From NCBI GenBank assembly GCA_047967505.1, contig CM106538.1: a DNA stretch of 64,000 bases; one strand, 5' to 3'. Source of the stretch: Dipteris shenzhenensis (lineage: Eukaryota). The notes beneath the pieces are model-generated. The model was not told the DNA's origin, did not search any database, and saw only the letters and a program-made list of their open reading frames with translations. A program made the translations under genes and the position numbers. Of the stretch, positions 1-12,400 are shown in pieces; positions within the stretch are counted from its first letter, which is position 1, and the number at the start of each line of letters is the position of its first letter.

Positions 1-421
1 AACTAGATAGGGTGATGTGGTAGTTAGGTCGGTCTCAAAATAGGCCACTGACCACACGATAGAACCGTGGTGTAGAATAGAGCAACTAACCTATGGACCC
101 CGTTCGCCATCCGGGATCATCTGGGGCTCCAAACGAGCCCCACAACCTGAGAGTGGGTTGCCTCGGGAAATGCTTCATCTACCCTCAGTGCGGTTAGTCA
201 TGGATGCCTTCCTGCACTTGCATGTAGACTAGTTGGCAGTGTGCCAACTCTATCTGAAGCCGTCCAGCCATCAGGCCACACATGGCCCCCATCTAGTGTC
301 CAAACCAGGACCCACCGGATAACCGAGCTACTCAAATGCCTTCTCCTCATATGGGGGGCTTACAAGTAGAGTTAGCTGGTTCCCGCATAGTTACACGAGA
401 GTGGAGCATTGATATCTAACA
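1..421 (-). repeat. 3' LTR of a Ty1/copia element, cut by the window edge
   Basis: On the minus strand a polypurine tract GAGGGGGG (422-430) directly precedes TGTTAGATATC at 421, just downstream of the RNase H ORF. Confidence 0.8.
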
Positions 422-451
422 CCCCCCCTCAATGTCCACCCGCAAGTGAAC

Positions 452-2337
452 TTACTTTTTCGGCCCAATGCCAAGTCCATGAAGATGCCTCTCCAACAAG
501 TCTCTTCCAAGTGCCTTCGTAAAGATGTCCGCAGCATTCTCTGTAGTCAGACGGTACACCAAGTCGACCTCTCCATCCATGATGAGCTCGCATACAAAGT
601 GATATTGAATCTCAATGTGTTTTGTGCGAGTGTGGAACATAGGTTTCTTTGCAATCGCCATGTAACTCTGATTGTCACATGATAACTGCGTAGGCTTGTT
701 CTGCATTGCACCCATGTCCCCTAAAATCCTCCTCAACCACAGTGCCTCACAAGAAGCAAAGCATGCTGATTTGTACTCAGCCTCAATAGAAGAAAGGAAA
801 ATTGTGGGTTGCTTCTTGCTGACCCATGACACAGCTCTAGATCCAAGTGAGAAACAGTAACCTATCACTGATCTCCTACTATCCACGTCTCCTACCCAAT
901 CCGAGTCATAGAATCTGGTCAAGATGTTGCCCTTGGTATAGGTGATGCCATAATCAAGTGTGCCTTTGATGTATTTCAGCACCTGCATACCTGCCCTCTA
1001 ATGGTTCTCCTGGGGCTTATTGGAAAACCTGCTTAGTACACCAGTCGCAAAGCTGATGTCTAACCGCGTGTTGCACAAGTAAATTAAGCTACCCACAAGA
1101 CTTCTATACTTCGCTTCGTCCACCAGTGGTGATGAGAGCTTCACATCAACCTCCATAGGGGTACCAACTGTCTTGCACTCAGCCATGCGAAATGCCTTCA
1201 GTATCTCTCTAGCATACTTCAGTTGTGAGATGAAGATCTGTTTTGGCTCTTGCCAAACTTCAATCCCCAACAAATAGAAATGCATGAGTTCGAGGTGTGT
1301 CATTTGAAACTCTCTTCCTAGCAAATGCTTTGTCTACAAGATCTTCTCTTCATGGTTCCCTGTTATGACAAGGTCATCCACGTAAAGGACCATGATCATA
1401 CACCTGCCTCCTCCTCTGTAGTTATACAAATTTGCATCAAATGGGCTCCTCCTGAACCCGTTTTGTAGAAAGTAGGCATCAATCCACGGGTACCGTGCTC
1501 GTGGGGCCTGTTTCAGCCTATAAAGTGCCTTCTTCAGTTTATAGACTTTACCTTCTGAACCGGGGATCACAAAACTTGGTGGTTGTTCCACGTATACCTC
1601 CTTGAGATCTCCATTCAGAAAGGTGGATTTTACATCCATCTGAAACATGGGCCAACTTTCTTGTGCTGCGATAGCCAAAACACTGCGAGTTGTGGTTAGT
1701 GGTTAGTCAAGCTGTGGGAGCAAAAGTATCCTGATAATCAAAACCATGTACCTGTGTGAATCCTTTTGCCACGAGCCTAGCCTTGTACTTATCCAACATG
1801 CCGTCGGACTTGTACTTGGTCTTGTACACCCACTTGGTTTCGATTACCTTGTGTTTTGGTGGTCGATCCACAAGGTCCCAAGTGTTGTTCTTCATTATGG
1901 AGCCATACTCCGACTGCATAGCCTCCATCCACCTATCATCACCCTGTGCCCCTTCAAGACACTTGGGTTCTTCAGCATGGATCACCTCTGTCATCAAAGC
2001 ATAGTTGACCAAGTGTTCCTGCACCCTTCTTTGCTCCTCTAATCTCTTGGACCGGCGGTGTTTGGATGGTTCCTCCTCAATGGCTGGAGGTTCTCTGCCA
2101 TCCAAAAGCTGCTTTACCCACTTTGGGAATGGTCGTTGCCATTGTGGTTCTATAGGCTCTTCTTCCTCTTCTTTATCTTGAACCCTCCCAAGCACCGTTG
2201 GGGGAGTTCAGTCTACTGTTGTTGGTTGTACTAGATGGATATGCTGGTCCTGGTTGTCTGGGAAGGAAGCATCCTCCTCCAATTGATGTGGGTGTTCTGA
2301 GAAGACCACATCATGACTTAAGGGTTATAGAGATGGT
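452..2337 (-). mobile_element. Ty1/copia RT-RNase H remnant, fragmented and 5'-truncated by another LTR element
   Basis: ORFs 1707-2195, 1334-1678, 998-1324 and 452-988 carry KARLVAKGF, QMDVKSTFLNG, LYVDDL, SSIEAEY and TKHIEIQYHF. Confidence 0.93.
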
Positions 2338-4010
2338 TGTCGAGATATCGAGCTGCACTCATGATATGCCAGGGTGACCATTGTGCATTTATGTCACCAA
2401 CTTGTTAGCTGCAGATGCGGTTGGTACAGCGCCCATGAATAATAGCTGGATGATAGCTATCCTTATGTACTCTAGTTTGTGGCTCAGTTATATGCCACCT
2501 TAGTTAGCTGAGTTTGGTTTGAGACCCACATATAGGGTTCTTCTATTTCTTTTTACTAGAGTTCTTTTGGCTTTCACAACTAAGAAGAGAAAAATTGTTT
2601 TCAGCCTCCACCTTTGTGTGTATTCCCCCATTGTGTATGTGAGAAAGCCACAAGTGAGACTCCTTCCTTCTCTTCCACTATCTTCACATGGTATCAGAGC
2701 GTGGTTCGTGGTAAGGAGCTCAAGAAAGCAAACCAAGTTTGTTGTATCCTGGTAAGAGGACCAGTGTTGCTTTCCTTTTTCAAGTTTGGGAGCAAATCTT
2801 TGCAAGTAGCACAGCCAGAAAGTGCAAGAGTGCATTGTCTCAGATTGAGACACCCTTCGCGGTGTGGCGAGAAGGCAGTATATGTTGCGGGAAATGGGGA
2901 AGCCCTGGGTGACTTTATTTTTCTGATTCGAGGCCATTTCGAGGCCCGTTTTGGAGGCAGAGGTTCTCTGCAAGCACTGAGAAAAAGGCCCTGTTTTTGC
3001 TGTGCGACCACTGTTCTATAGGTCGGTGAAAAGTTGCCATAGAAATTGCATCGTATGCCTGTGTGCAGAGATATTGGGAGTTACAGAATCATCCTTATTG
3101 CCTGTTGATGTAAAATCGTCACTAGGAAGTGACTGTGTGGTCAAATACCACTTTCGTCAGTTTTGCAGATTTGCCCCTGTGAGGCACAAGCTATGTTTTT
3201 TGTAGTGACAGAATATTTTGTAGTGTTCTATAATGGCGTTTGATTCTCTTTCACAAATTGTCAGTGAAAAGCTTGACAAGAACAACTTCCAAGCATGGAA
3301 GTTTAGAATGACGAATTTCCTTATGGGAAAAGGCTATTGGGAGTTCATTATAGGAAATGAAGAAGAACTAGTTCTTCCTAATGTTCCCAATCAACACGAA
3401 ATGCAGGCATTTAAAGGATGGCATGAGAGATCCAGAAAAGTTATGTACTGGCTATCTATCAGTATTTCAGATTCTATGATTGTGCATATTCAGGATGCAA
3501 GTATGCCAAAGGAGGCATGGGATACTTTGGCAAAAATGTATTACACAAATACGCAAGCCAGGAAAATGCAGCTCAAGCAAGAGTTGCACAATGTGTAGAG
3601 AGAAAATATGAGCATCAATGACTACCAAATGAAGGTGAAGAAAATTGCAGATGCACTTGCTTCCATTGGGTCACCAGTGGAAGATGATGATTTAGTTTCT
3701 ATGACCTTGAATGGTCTAGGAAAGGATTATGCACAGTTCCAGACATCCATTGCCGTCCGTGAAAAATTTCCTAATTTTGAGGAGTTGTTTGCTCTTCTGA
3801 TTTTTGAAGAGCAGAGAAATGGTGGTGCATTTTCTTCAGGAGGAACTTCAAAAGAAACTATCTTCTACTCAAATATTGGAAGACGTAGAGGCAGAGGTAG
3901 AGCAAGCTGATCTGGAGGCCATGGTAGAAATCAAAATATGTAGCAAACTCAAGAAAACCAGTCCTATGGAGGAGGACATGGTATTTCATAGATAGTAGAG
4001 ACATGTGGCA
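2338..4010 (+). mobile_element. Ty1/copia family A 5' fragment: LTR 2338-2688, PBS 2689-2700, gag ~3233-3990
   Basis: LTR runs TG...CA and is followed by TGGTATCAGAGC (initiator Met-tRNA PBS). Gag shows KLDKNNFQAWKFRM and has an internal stop. The same LTR occurs at 4377-4680 (inverted) and 54862-55218. Confidence 0.9.
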
Positions 4011-4376
4011 CAATCAGGGTCACTAGAAGGGGATATCCAGCTTTGTTTGGTTTGTCATTCAAAAAATTGAGACACCCTAAAAAATTTAGGGTCTTTGAAA
4101 TGAGTACTATGGCCATGCAATGTCAATAAAGCTCGACAACAATTAAATTTAAAAATTCCTATGTTTTTTTGAGACTATTTCCATATAGAAAGTTCTATTC
4201 CATTTGAAAAATTAAAAAGTAAGGCCATTTTTTAACATATTACTTTTATAGTCCTAGATCAAACAAGTATCCAAGGTCATTGTTTGCTTGGGTGTAGCCA
4301 TTTTTAGTGAAGTTCAGGGACTTTTCTATATATAGGTATTCTATACATACATGCAACCAAGTAATCATTCAAAAAG

Positions 4377-4961
4377 TACACAATGGGGGAATACACACAA
4401 ATGTGGAGGCTGAAAACAGTTTTCCTCTTCTTAGTTGTGAAAGCCAAAAGATCTGTCTTAGTACAAAAGGAATAGGTGAACCCTATATGTGGGTCTCAAA
4501 CCAAACTAGCTAACTAAGGTGCCATACTAACTGAGCCACTAATTAGAGTACATAAGGATAGTTGTCATCCAGCTATTATTCATGGGTGGTGTACCAACCG
4601 CATTTGCAGCTAACAAGTTGGTGACATAAATGCACAACAGTCACCCTGGCATATCACGAGTGGAGCTCAATATCTCAACACTCCCCCTCGAGCTCAATCC
4701 CAATTCATGCACATTAAGTAGGTCTCTGAACTTGTGTAGCTTCTCTGTGCCCAATGCCTTCGTGAATATGTCAGCTACCTGATCCTCTGTGCTGACATAA
4801 ACTAGATCAATAAGACCTAGTAAAACCTTCTCCCGCACAATGTAGTGATAATGCACCTCAATGTGCGTTGTTCTAGCATGATAGACTGGGTTATTTGCCA
4901 AGTGTATACTGCTCATGTTGTCACAATTTTGATGCCATTTTGGGGCTACAATGTGATGCAT
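4377..4961 (-). mobile_element. Ty1/copia family A 3' fragment: RNase H end, PPT and truncated 3' LTR
   Basis: HARTTHIEVHYH and QVADIFTKAL motifs; PPT GAGGGGGAG at 4681-4689; LTR start TGTTGAGATATTGAGCTCC at 4680, matching 2338-2640 in reverse complement. Confidence 0.9.
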
Positions 4962-5684
4962 TCTTTGGTGAATATTTGAATTTTGTGTGGACCCGAACTC
5001 TCATTTGGAAATTTTCCTGACGTCATGAAGGCACACTGGTGTAATAATGAGACACAATCTATTTGAACACCACATAGCTCAACACACGGCATCTCTGCAC
5101 TGCTTCACACACCACAATCTTCGGCCTATGCCACTTGATCACTTATAATCACGTCGCCTTTTTCCATAGCTTTGCCACCTGTCATGAGGCACCGCACCCA
5201 TGCATATGATTAAAATTGAAGGTTGGCTTGGAGAGACCACCAGTCTGGTTCTTGGCATAATAATTAGATGCAATCTATCATTCTAAACACCACCGCAACA
5301 TAGTCTCTAGTTTGACCACCTATCATTGTATAACCTTTTGTCGCATCTTGCCTGCAGCCCATGCAAATCATAGGTTGGATTGGAGAGACCACCGTGCTAG
5401 TTTTTAGCCAAATAAATGAGACACAATCTATCATTCTGGGCATCACCTCAGTGGAGTCTTTGGCCTGACGACTTGTTATCACCCAGAATTCAAGGTGTTT
5501 TGGAGAGACCACCACACTGATTCTTGGAGTTATAGCTCCATTACCTATTTTTACGTATTACAGGAGGAGGTCTATGATGACCAGCACACTAGCAAACAAA
5601 AGGAGATCTATGAAATCCATCGCTCTGGTTCTTTGAGTTATATATTTGTGTACCAATAAAATGTATTCTATTGTGTAACCAAGC

Positions 5685-5848
5685 AAAATGCAATTGATGA
5701 TATGGCCTTTAGGGGTCCCCTTTAGGGGCAAGGCCATATCGACATGCCATTTCTGTCCAGTGGCATCTTGGATATTGTATAATGCACGTCGATATGGCCC
5801 TTGCCCTTAGAGGGGACCCCTCAACAGCCATATCTTCAATTGCATTTT
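5685..5848. repeat. Imperfect inverted repeat (~63-bp arms, ~36-nt loop), MITE-like or foldback
   Basis: Left arm AAAATGCAATTGATGATATGGC...GGCCATATCGACATGC pairs with right arm GCACGTCGATATGGCC...GCCATATCTTCAATTGCATTTT. Confidence 0.8.
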
Positions 5849-6618
5849 ATGAAAGTTTAATTGTATTTTTCTAGATGTATTTGCATGCAACCACAACACT
5901 GGGGTCGTTGGAGTCATTTTAGGGCTATTTTGGTCATAAACCAAAAAAATTATAGTCCTTCTTTCTTGGTATTTTAGTACTAATTGTAGTAGATGTAAAT
6001 GAAGGCAAAAGTACAATATATTGAGTGAAAATTGAGCAAAAGAGATTACAATACATGTACATCTACGTCCAATAAGAGGTTATATAAAAATTACCAACTT
6101 ATACTAAGCAAAAATTGCAGAAGATCTTACATTTATAAAAACTCGGCAATTGCTAAGAGCCTTAAAGGCCAAAAGATTACAGCAAGTAGAGGCCATAACC
6201 ATTCAAATATAAAAGTTAACAACAGTGCATACTGAGAGCCTCAAATTGGACAAAAAGAGATTACATTAATGCCTTAGAGACCAAAACATTACATTTGGTG
6301 AGCGAAAAGATCATTGAGAGCCTTAGAGGGTGGGAGTACTCTACTCTGAAAATATTGAGGCCTTCATCGACATCTAGGGTGGAACCCATATAGCACAGCC
6401 ATAAAGAGGCCCTCTGTGAGCATGTCATCTAAGGTGGTGACATGTAGATGTGTAAAATGCTTTAATGGAAGTGCCCAAAGTGCCAGGATATGATGGTCCT
6501 TCCTGGGCACTCACCCTATAGTTGAACACACTTTTTGGCACTTTTGGGCCCTCAATTTAGGATTTCATTCAAATAGAGATCAGCTGCCCTAAGGTGACCC
6601 TGACCTAGTCCTTCTGAC

Positions 6619-6814
6619 CCCAAAAGTTTTTCCAAATTTGACATCTAAATTGTAGTATGAGTGCCTAGGTGGGACCCCCCAAATCCTGGCACTTTGGGCA
6701 CTTCCATTAAGCATTTTGAAACGCTTAGTGGAAGTGCCCAAAGTGCCAAGATTTGGGGGATCTTGCATGGGCACTCATCCTATAGTTGGAGACAAACTTT
6801 TTGGAACTTTTGGG
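6619..6814. repeat. ~200-bp imperfect palindrome, with one arm directly duplicated at ~6465-6572
   Basis: GGCACTTTGGGCACTTCCATTAAGC pairs with GCTTAGTGGAAGTGCCCAAAGTGCC. The opposite-strand ORFs 6589-6774 and 6661-6867 translate almost identically. Confidence 0.8.
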
Positions 6815-7399
6815 CCCTCAATTTAGGATTTCATTCAAGCACTATGGGAATGAAGAGTCTTTGCTAGTGCTAGCATTTCTATTCCAAGTGAGTGCAACAC
6901 AATCACTTTATATGAGAAGGTAGATAACATTGGGATCACAAAGCATTGAGGGGGGGTGGTAGTAGGCATGCTAAAGATGAGTGGGTGACCAGCAAATGAG
7001 TAGATGAGTGATGAGAGTTTGAGAAGGGAGCATGGAGCAAAGTAGCGTAGGGGCAAAAAAGAGCTAAGGAGGGGTGTGGAGAAAAGTAGTAGAGCATGTG
7101 GAGCAAAGTAGCAGAGCATGGGCGGATCAAAGCAATGTAGTAAAATGCCAAATGCCATGGTATCTTATATATATTATAAAGTTTGAGCCACCGTGGTGGC
7201 TGGAGCTCGGGGTTCCATCCACATTAATTACAAGCCACCGCGGTGGAATCTTAGGCACCACCCCAGACGGTCTGGTAATCATGAAGAAGATGCCATGTGG
7301 TGCCACTCCGGTGGCTAGTAATTAATTGCCGGCCCGATGGAATCTTAGCCATGACAGACTGGTTGATGAGAGCCACCACCACCCGGCAATGTTTCCCAC

Positions 7400-7915
7400 A
7401 AAGGTAAATCATGAAGCTCTAATCACTCATTACCATGCATTCTAATTCTCTACTGAGCATGCGAGCCTAGTGACTGGTAATTTTTACTACACTCATAGTG
7501 ATCATGCATGCTTAAGCCTAGTGGTGGGTGAGTGGTGATTGGTAATTTGAACTGCCAACCCGATGGAATCATAGCCACAATAGACGTGGCTATAATCACT
7601 CATTACCATGCACTCTAGTACTCTATTGAGCATGTGAGCCCAGTGATTGGTAATTATTACTACACTCGTAGTGAGCTCGTAGTGATCATGCATGCTTAAA
7701 CTCGGTGGTGGGTGGTGAGTGGTGGCACGCTACAATCGTAGCCACAACAGATGTGGCTAATGTGATAGCCACCACCGTTGGGCAGTAATTCCCACAAAAG
7801 TAAATCATGAAGCCTAATCACCTCTAATCACTCATTACCATGCACTCTAGTACTCTCTGGAGCATGTAAGCCTAGTGACTAGTAATTTACTACACTCGTA
7901 GTAATCATGCATGCA
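7400..7915. repeat. Degenerate ~100-bp repeat, 3 copies
   Basis: TAATCACTCATTACCATGCA...TACTACACTCRTAGT...ATCATGCATGC at ~7420, ~7592 and ~7826. Confidence 0.7.
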
Positions 7916-8478
7916 AGCCCATTGGTGGTAACTAGAAGCTGAGTAATTGTAGGCCACTACAATGGTCGGTAATTAACTGCCAGCCACTGCGTTGGTTGGT
8001 AATTAACTGCCAGCCCAGTGGGTCTTAGCCGCCACCATAGACGTGGATGGGAATCTTAGATGCCACCACCTCTAATCATTCATTACCATGCAAGTCAGTA
8101 TTGTCTCCTTGAATGAATCAAAATTCGAGCAAACCATCATGGTGGCTCTCACCTTAATAGTAGTCGGGGGCTACAACCACAATGGTGGCTCTCACCTTGA
8201 TAGTGTAGTCGGGCTACAAACTGCTATTCCATTCCCTTAATCATTTTGTCCTCTGTTCCTCTCGACCGTTTCATTCTCCCTTGCAATCTCAAGCCTCCAC
8301 TATTCCATTTCCTTCACTGCTTCATCTTCTATCCCTCTCGACCATTTCTTTCTCCCTTGCAATCGAGCTACAAACTCAAGCCTCCACTATTCCTTTTCCT
8401 TCACTATTTCATCTTCTATCCTGCTTGACCATTTCTATCTCCCTTAAACTCTTCCTGCAACTTCTATCCCCTCTCGTA

Positions 8479-10749
8479 ATGGACCTTGCATAGTCTGGGA
8501 GCAATCTTTCCTCCCCCTCTATAGCACAGTGCGAGAGCCCCTCCTCCCCTGATCTTGAAATCGTGACATATAGGAGCTCCTCTCTTGCTCTTCAAAAGCC
8601 CAATTTGGATGCTCTCCAAAACTTCACCAAGTTGGTACAAGAGGTGAACGTGAAGGAAGGGCAACTAGTATGTCAAGGTCGAAAGATTACCATAAATGAA
8701 AGTGTGATTGAAAATGCTCTAGGAATTTCTAGAGGCAGTTTGCAAGCACACTTTTTCAAGAAGCAGTGGAAGAGGCATGATATTTTAGATGTATAATGCA
8801 ATGATTAAATTAGTAAAGATGGTGGAGTCAAGATTTTAAGCTTGCCAACAGACCTTCAAGATGTGCTGAAGAAGACCATCCACTTCTTTCTTGATACGAG
8901 AGGAACCTGCAAATTCTGGCAGGTTCAAGCAGCAGTAGAGCAACTGAAAGGACGTGATGTATCTTTCTCTAGGGCGATCTCCAAGAGTGTGTTAACCAAC
9001 TTGAAGAATCACATGGATGGAAAATCCCAATTGTCATATCAATCCGCTGGAGTTGCAATGCACCTAATGGCATGGAGGCAGTTTGCAAGCACACTTTTTT
9101 GAGAAATAGTGGAAGAGACAGGATATTCTAGATGTATACCCCAATGCTCAAATTAGTAAAGATGGTGGAGTCAAGATTTTGAGCTTGCCAATGCACCTCC
9201 AAGATGTGCTGAAGAAGACCATTCACTTCTTTCTTGATATGAGAGGAACCTACAAGTTCTAGTAGGTTCAAGCAACTATAGAGAAACTGAAAGGACGTGA
9301 TGTATCTTTCTCAAGGGTGATCTCCAAGAGCATGTTAATCAACCTAAAGAATTGCATGGATGGCAATACCAATTGTCATCTCAATTAGCTGGAGTTGCAA
9401 TGCACCTGATGGCATCTACCCTCAAAGGGATTTTTGAGCAATATGATAAGTAGATGTCTTAGAAGGTGACTTTTCTACAAGAGAAAGCCACCAATGCAAC
9501 AAAGGCATCGCAACTTGAGAAAATTCTCAAGGAAGGTGTAAAAGCCAAGGTAGAGGAGGCACAAGTGAGGGCCTTACTAGCACAAGAGCAAGTTGAGGCC
9601 ACAACAAAATTGATCGACATGGAAAGGCATAGAAGAGAAGAAGCAGAGAAGTGCATGAAGAAGCTTTGAGATAGGCTCGAAGAAGTGAGAAATGATGGGG
9701 ATATGGCAGACAAGGAGTTAGAAAAGATGTGAAAGGATCTTGAAGATTAGAGAGCTAAAAAGGAGGGTCTTTACAAATAGCTCTACAACATGAAGAACAC
9801 ATTGAAGATTGAAAAAGACCAGATGATGAAGGAGTTGAAAAGGGAGAATGCAGAAGCCAAAAACGTGATACATGATTTGTGAGAGAGCTTCAAGGCTAGG
9901 AAGGATGGCGCACAGATCATCTGAGGTAGAGAAGACAACGAGGAAACTCCCCAGGCTAGGAAGGACATAGAGAGCAGCCACGGTGGAGCAAGTTCTAGCC
10001 ACCACGGTGGAGCAATTTGCACAGTAGCCATGTTGAGGGTTGTTTTCTCAAAACACAGTTGGAAGTCCAAAGAGTAAGCTATAAGACCCTACAAGAAGAT
10101 CATGATAGATGTGTGCACGAGATTGTCGTGGCTTTTAATAGTTATGAAAAGCAGCCTATCGTCTTGAGAGATTTCCAAGCTAGAGTGGAAGTCTTGGAAA
10201 CAACCCACCATAAAGATGTTTTTCAGCAATTTACGTAGCTTCAACAAATGCTAAGGGATTCAAATGAAGCTATTGCATAGAGTGAGGAAAAAGTGGAGGA
10301 GATGAAGGAGAACATCTGTAGCCTTAGGATGAGGGAGGATGGAATCAAGAATCAACTTCATCATGTACAAAGCAAGACTGTGATATTGACAGCCACAATA
10401 GTGCAATCGGATGCCTATCCTGCTATGCAGCATGGGTTCGAAGTGCATGGTGTGCCATACCCCCACCATAGATAACTGTTGTATTTGATGGCCCACGTGC
10501 TACCACCCTATGCATATTTTTTGCTTTGGAGTGTTTGTGCATACAAAATCTAGCTGTAGAGAATGCCATTTTCCATTGCCCAGGTCATGGATAGATCAAA
10601 TGTGCTTGCCTGCTACAACTATCTACGACGAGAAAGTAGATCCTATAGCTCAATTTGCCATTTGGACAAAAGATATTAAAGACAAGGAGCTCAAATTGGA
10701 GCTTGACTATGAGGAAAAGGAGCCTAAAGGGAGGAATAGCCCCCTTTAA
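8479..10749 (+). pseudogene. Decayed TE-type ORF: N-terminal transposon-protein-like region, coiled coil, C-terminal RING-H2-like finger
   Basis: A chain of short + ORFs, E/K/L-rich over 9466-10400. 10498-10566 reads CYHPMHIFC-x10-CREC (CxHxxHxxC...CxxC). Many stops and frameshifts; a 343-bp internal tandem duplication (8732-9074 / 9075-9415). Confidence 0.55.
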
Positions 10750-11064
10750 GAAAGAAGTAAGAGAGGCCAAGCCTGCAACCAGGAACCTCAAATCAAGGAA
10801 AGAGGAAGCGGCATGAAGGGAGGGGACGGCCCCTACACAAAGGAACCAACCCCATTCTGGAAAGGAGCAAGGAGGGTTGAGCCTACAATCAGGGAGCTCA
10901 ACAAGGAGTCCTTGAGATGTAATCTAAAGTAAAGGAGTCTTTGAGATTGTAATTTATGTAATGTATGTGTAATATATTAAATTGTTAATCTTCTCTAGAG
11001 TTTACTTGGGCAAGGTTTTCTCATCTATGTGACTAGGTAGTGTCCTTTGATCCACGCCGTGGTG

Positions 11065-11350
11065 ATAATAATGAGACGAAAGATTTCAATTTGTCAAGTA
11101 ATGTGAGATGAAAGATTTTGATTAGGTCACTAATGTGAGACTGAAAGATTTTGATTAGATCACTAATGTGAGACTGAAAGATTTCGATCAGTGAACTAAT
11201 GTGAGATGAAATCTCGATTAGACAACTAATGTGAGCTAAAAGACTTCGATTAGACAACTAACATGAGACTGAAGAATGAGAAGGTTGGGCTCAATGAACT
11301 CAAAGATTTCAATTACCGAACTAACATGAGAGTGAAGATTGAGAAGGTTA
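11065..11350. repeat. Minisatellite, ~30-33-bp unit ACTAATGTGAGACTGAAAGATTTYGATTAG, ~7 copies
   Basis: Direct inspection; repeated SHISxLIxIF in the antisense translation. Confidence 0.85.
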
Positions 11351-11893
11351 AGATCAACGAAATCTCTCCCTATTCAAGTGTAGTGTAGAGACAACTAAGA
11401 GCCGGATGTGCACACTTTTCGAGCAAAAACCTACGAGAAGAAAAGTCCGAGTGATAATTTTTGACACCAACCATGCTTGTATATTATTACAAGATGAATG
11501 GATTTGTAGGATGTGTGGATTCGTTATGGAAAACTAGTGCGGTGGTTGTTGGGATATACTAAAAACTAGCATGGGATTTACCGTTTGGAATTTACAAAAA
11601 CAATACTAAAAATAAGCAATCTCAAATACAAATTCCATTTTGTAGGACAAGTTGACATATTGTTTCCTTGCAATGAGACTACACACATTTTCTTAGTACT
11701 ATCTCAGTCGTCCTCATCCACTGCTCAAGACACCCAAGATGTGCTCATGCATGTCTAAATCCAATTTTAAGACACTCTCGCCCTTCTTTCATTATGGCAC
11801 AAGTTGCATCTGGAACTTAACAGCTCTTACTAGATGAGCAGTAAAAGTTTTAGGTGAGCGGACCCTGGCGACCGGCCACAGTTTAGGCGAGTG

Positions 11894-12287
11894 GATTGAC
11901 ATGATTACAAAAATGAAGTCATAGCTCATTCAATGGTCTACAACTTCCTAGTTCACTTCACATATCACAATTCCTCACACATCATCTGATTCTATGTTTA
12001 AAAATTGATATCTACTCTCTTTTTCCTAATGGAATGAAACAAACGGTGAAAAACACAAACCATAGAGATAAAATGAAACATATCTCTCTCTCTAGGTCTC
12101 TGATTAACATGATTCCAAAAACAAAGTCATAGCTCATTCAATAGTCTACAACTTCCTCGTTCACTTCATTACTCTATTCTTCACACATCATCTGATATCT
12201 ACTCTCAAAAATTGATATCTACTCTCTTTTTCCTAATGGATGTAACAAACAGTAAAAAACACAAACCATAGAGATAAAATGGGACAT
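11894..12287. repeat. ~190-bp tandem duplication (period ~207 bp)
   Basis: AAGTCATAGCTCATTCAAT...CACAAACCATAGAGATAAAATG occurs twice. Confidence 0.85.
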
Positions 12288-12400
12288 TTGTTCAAAGAAA
12301 TGGTCCACAAAATTTAAACAAATATAAGTTCAAATACATAAACATTTGTTCAAAGCCCTGGAGCACAAAATGTATATTGTCATCACAAAATAGGAAAATG

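Noticed and set aside
6589-6867. Pair of similar ORFs on opposite strands
   Set aside because: A consequence of the DNA palindrome, not genes.
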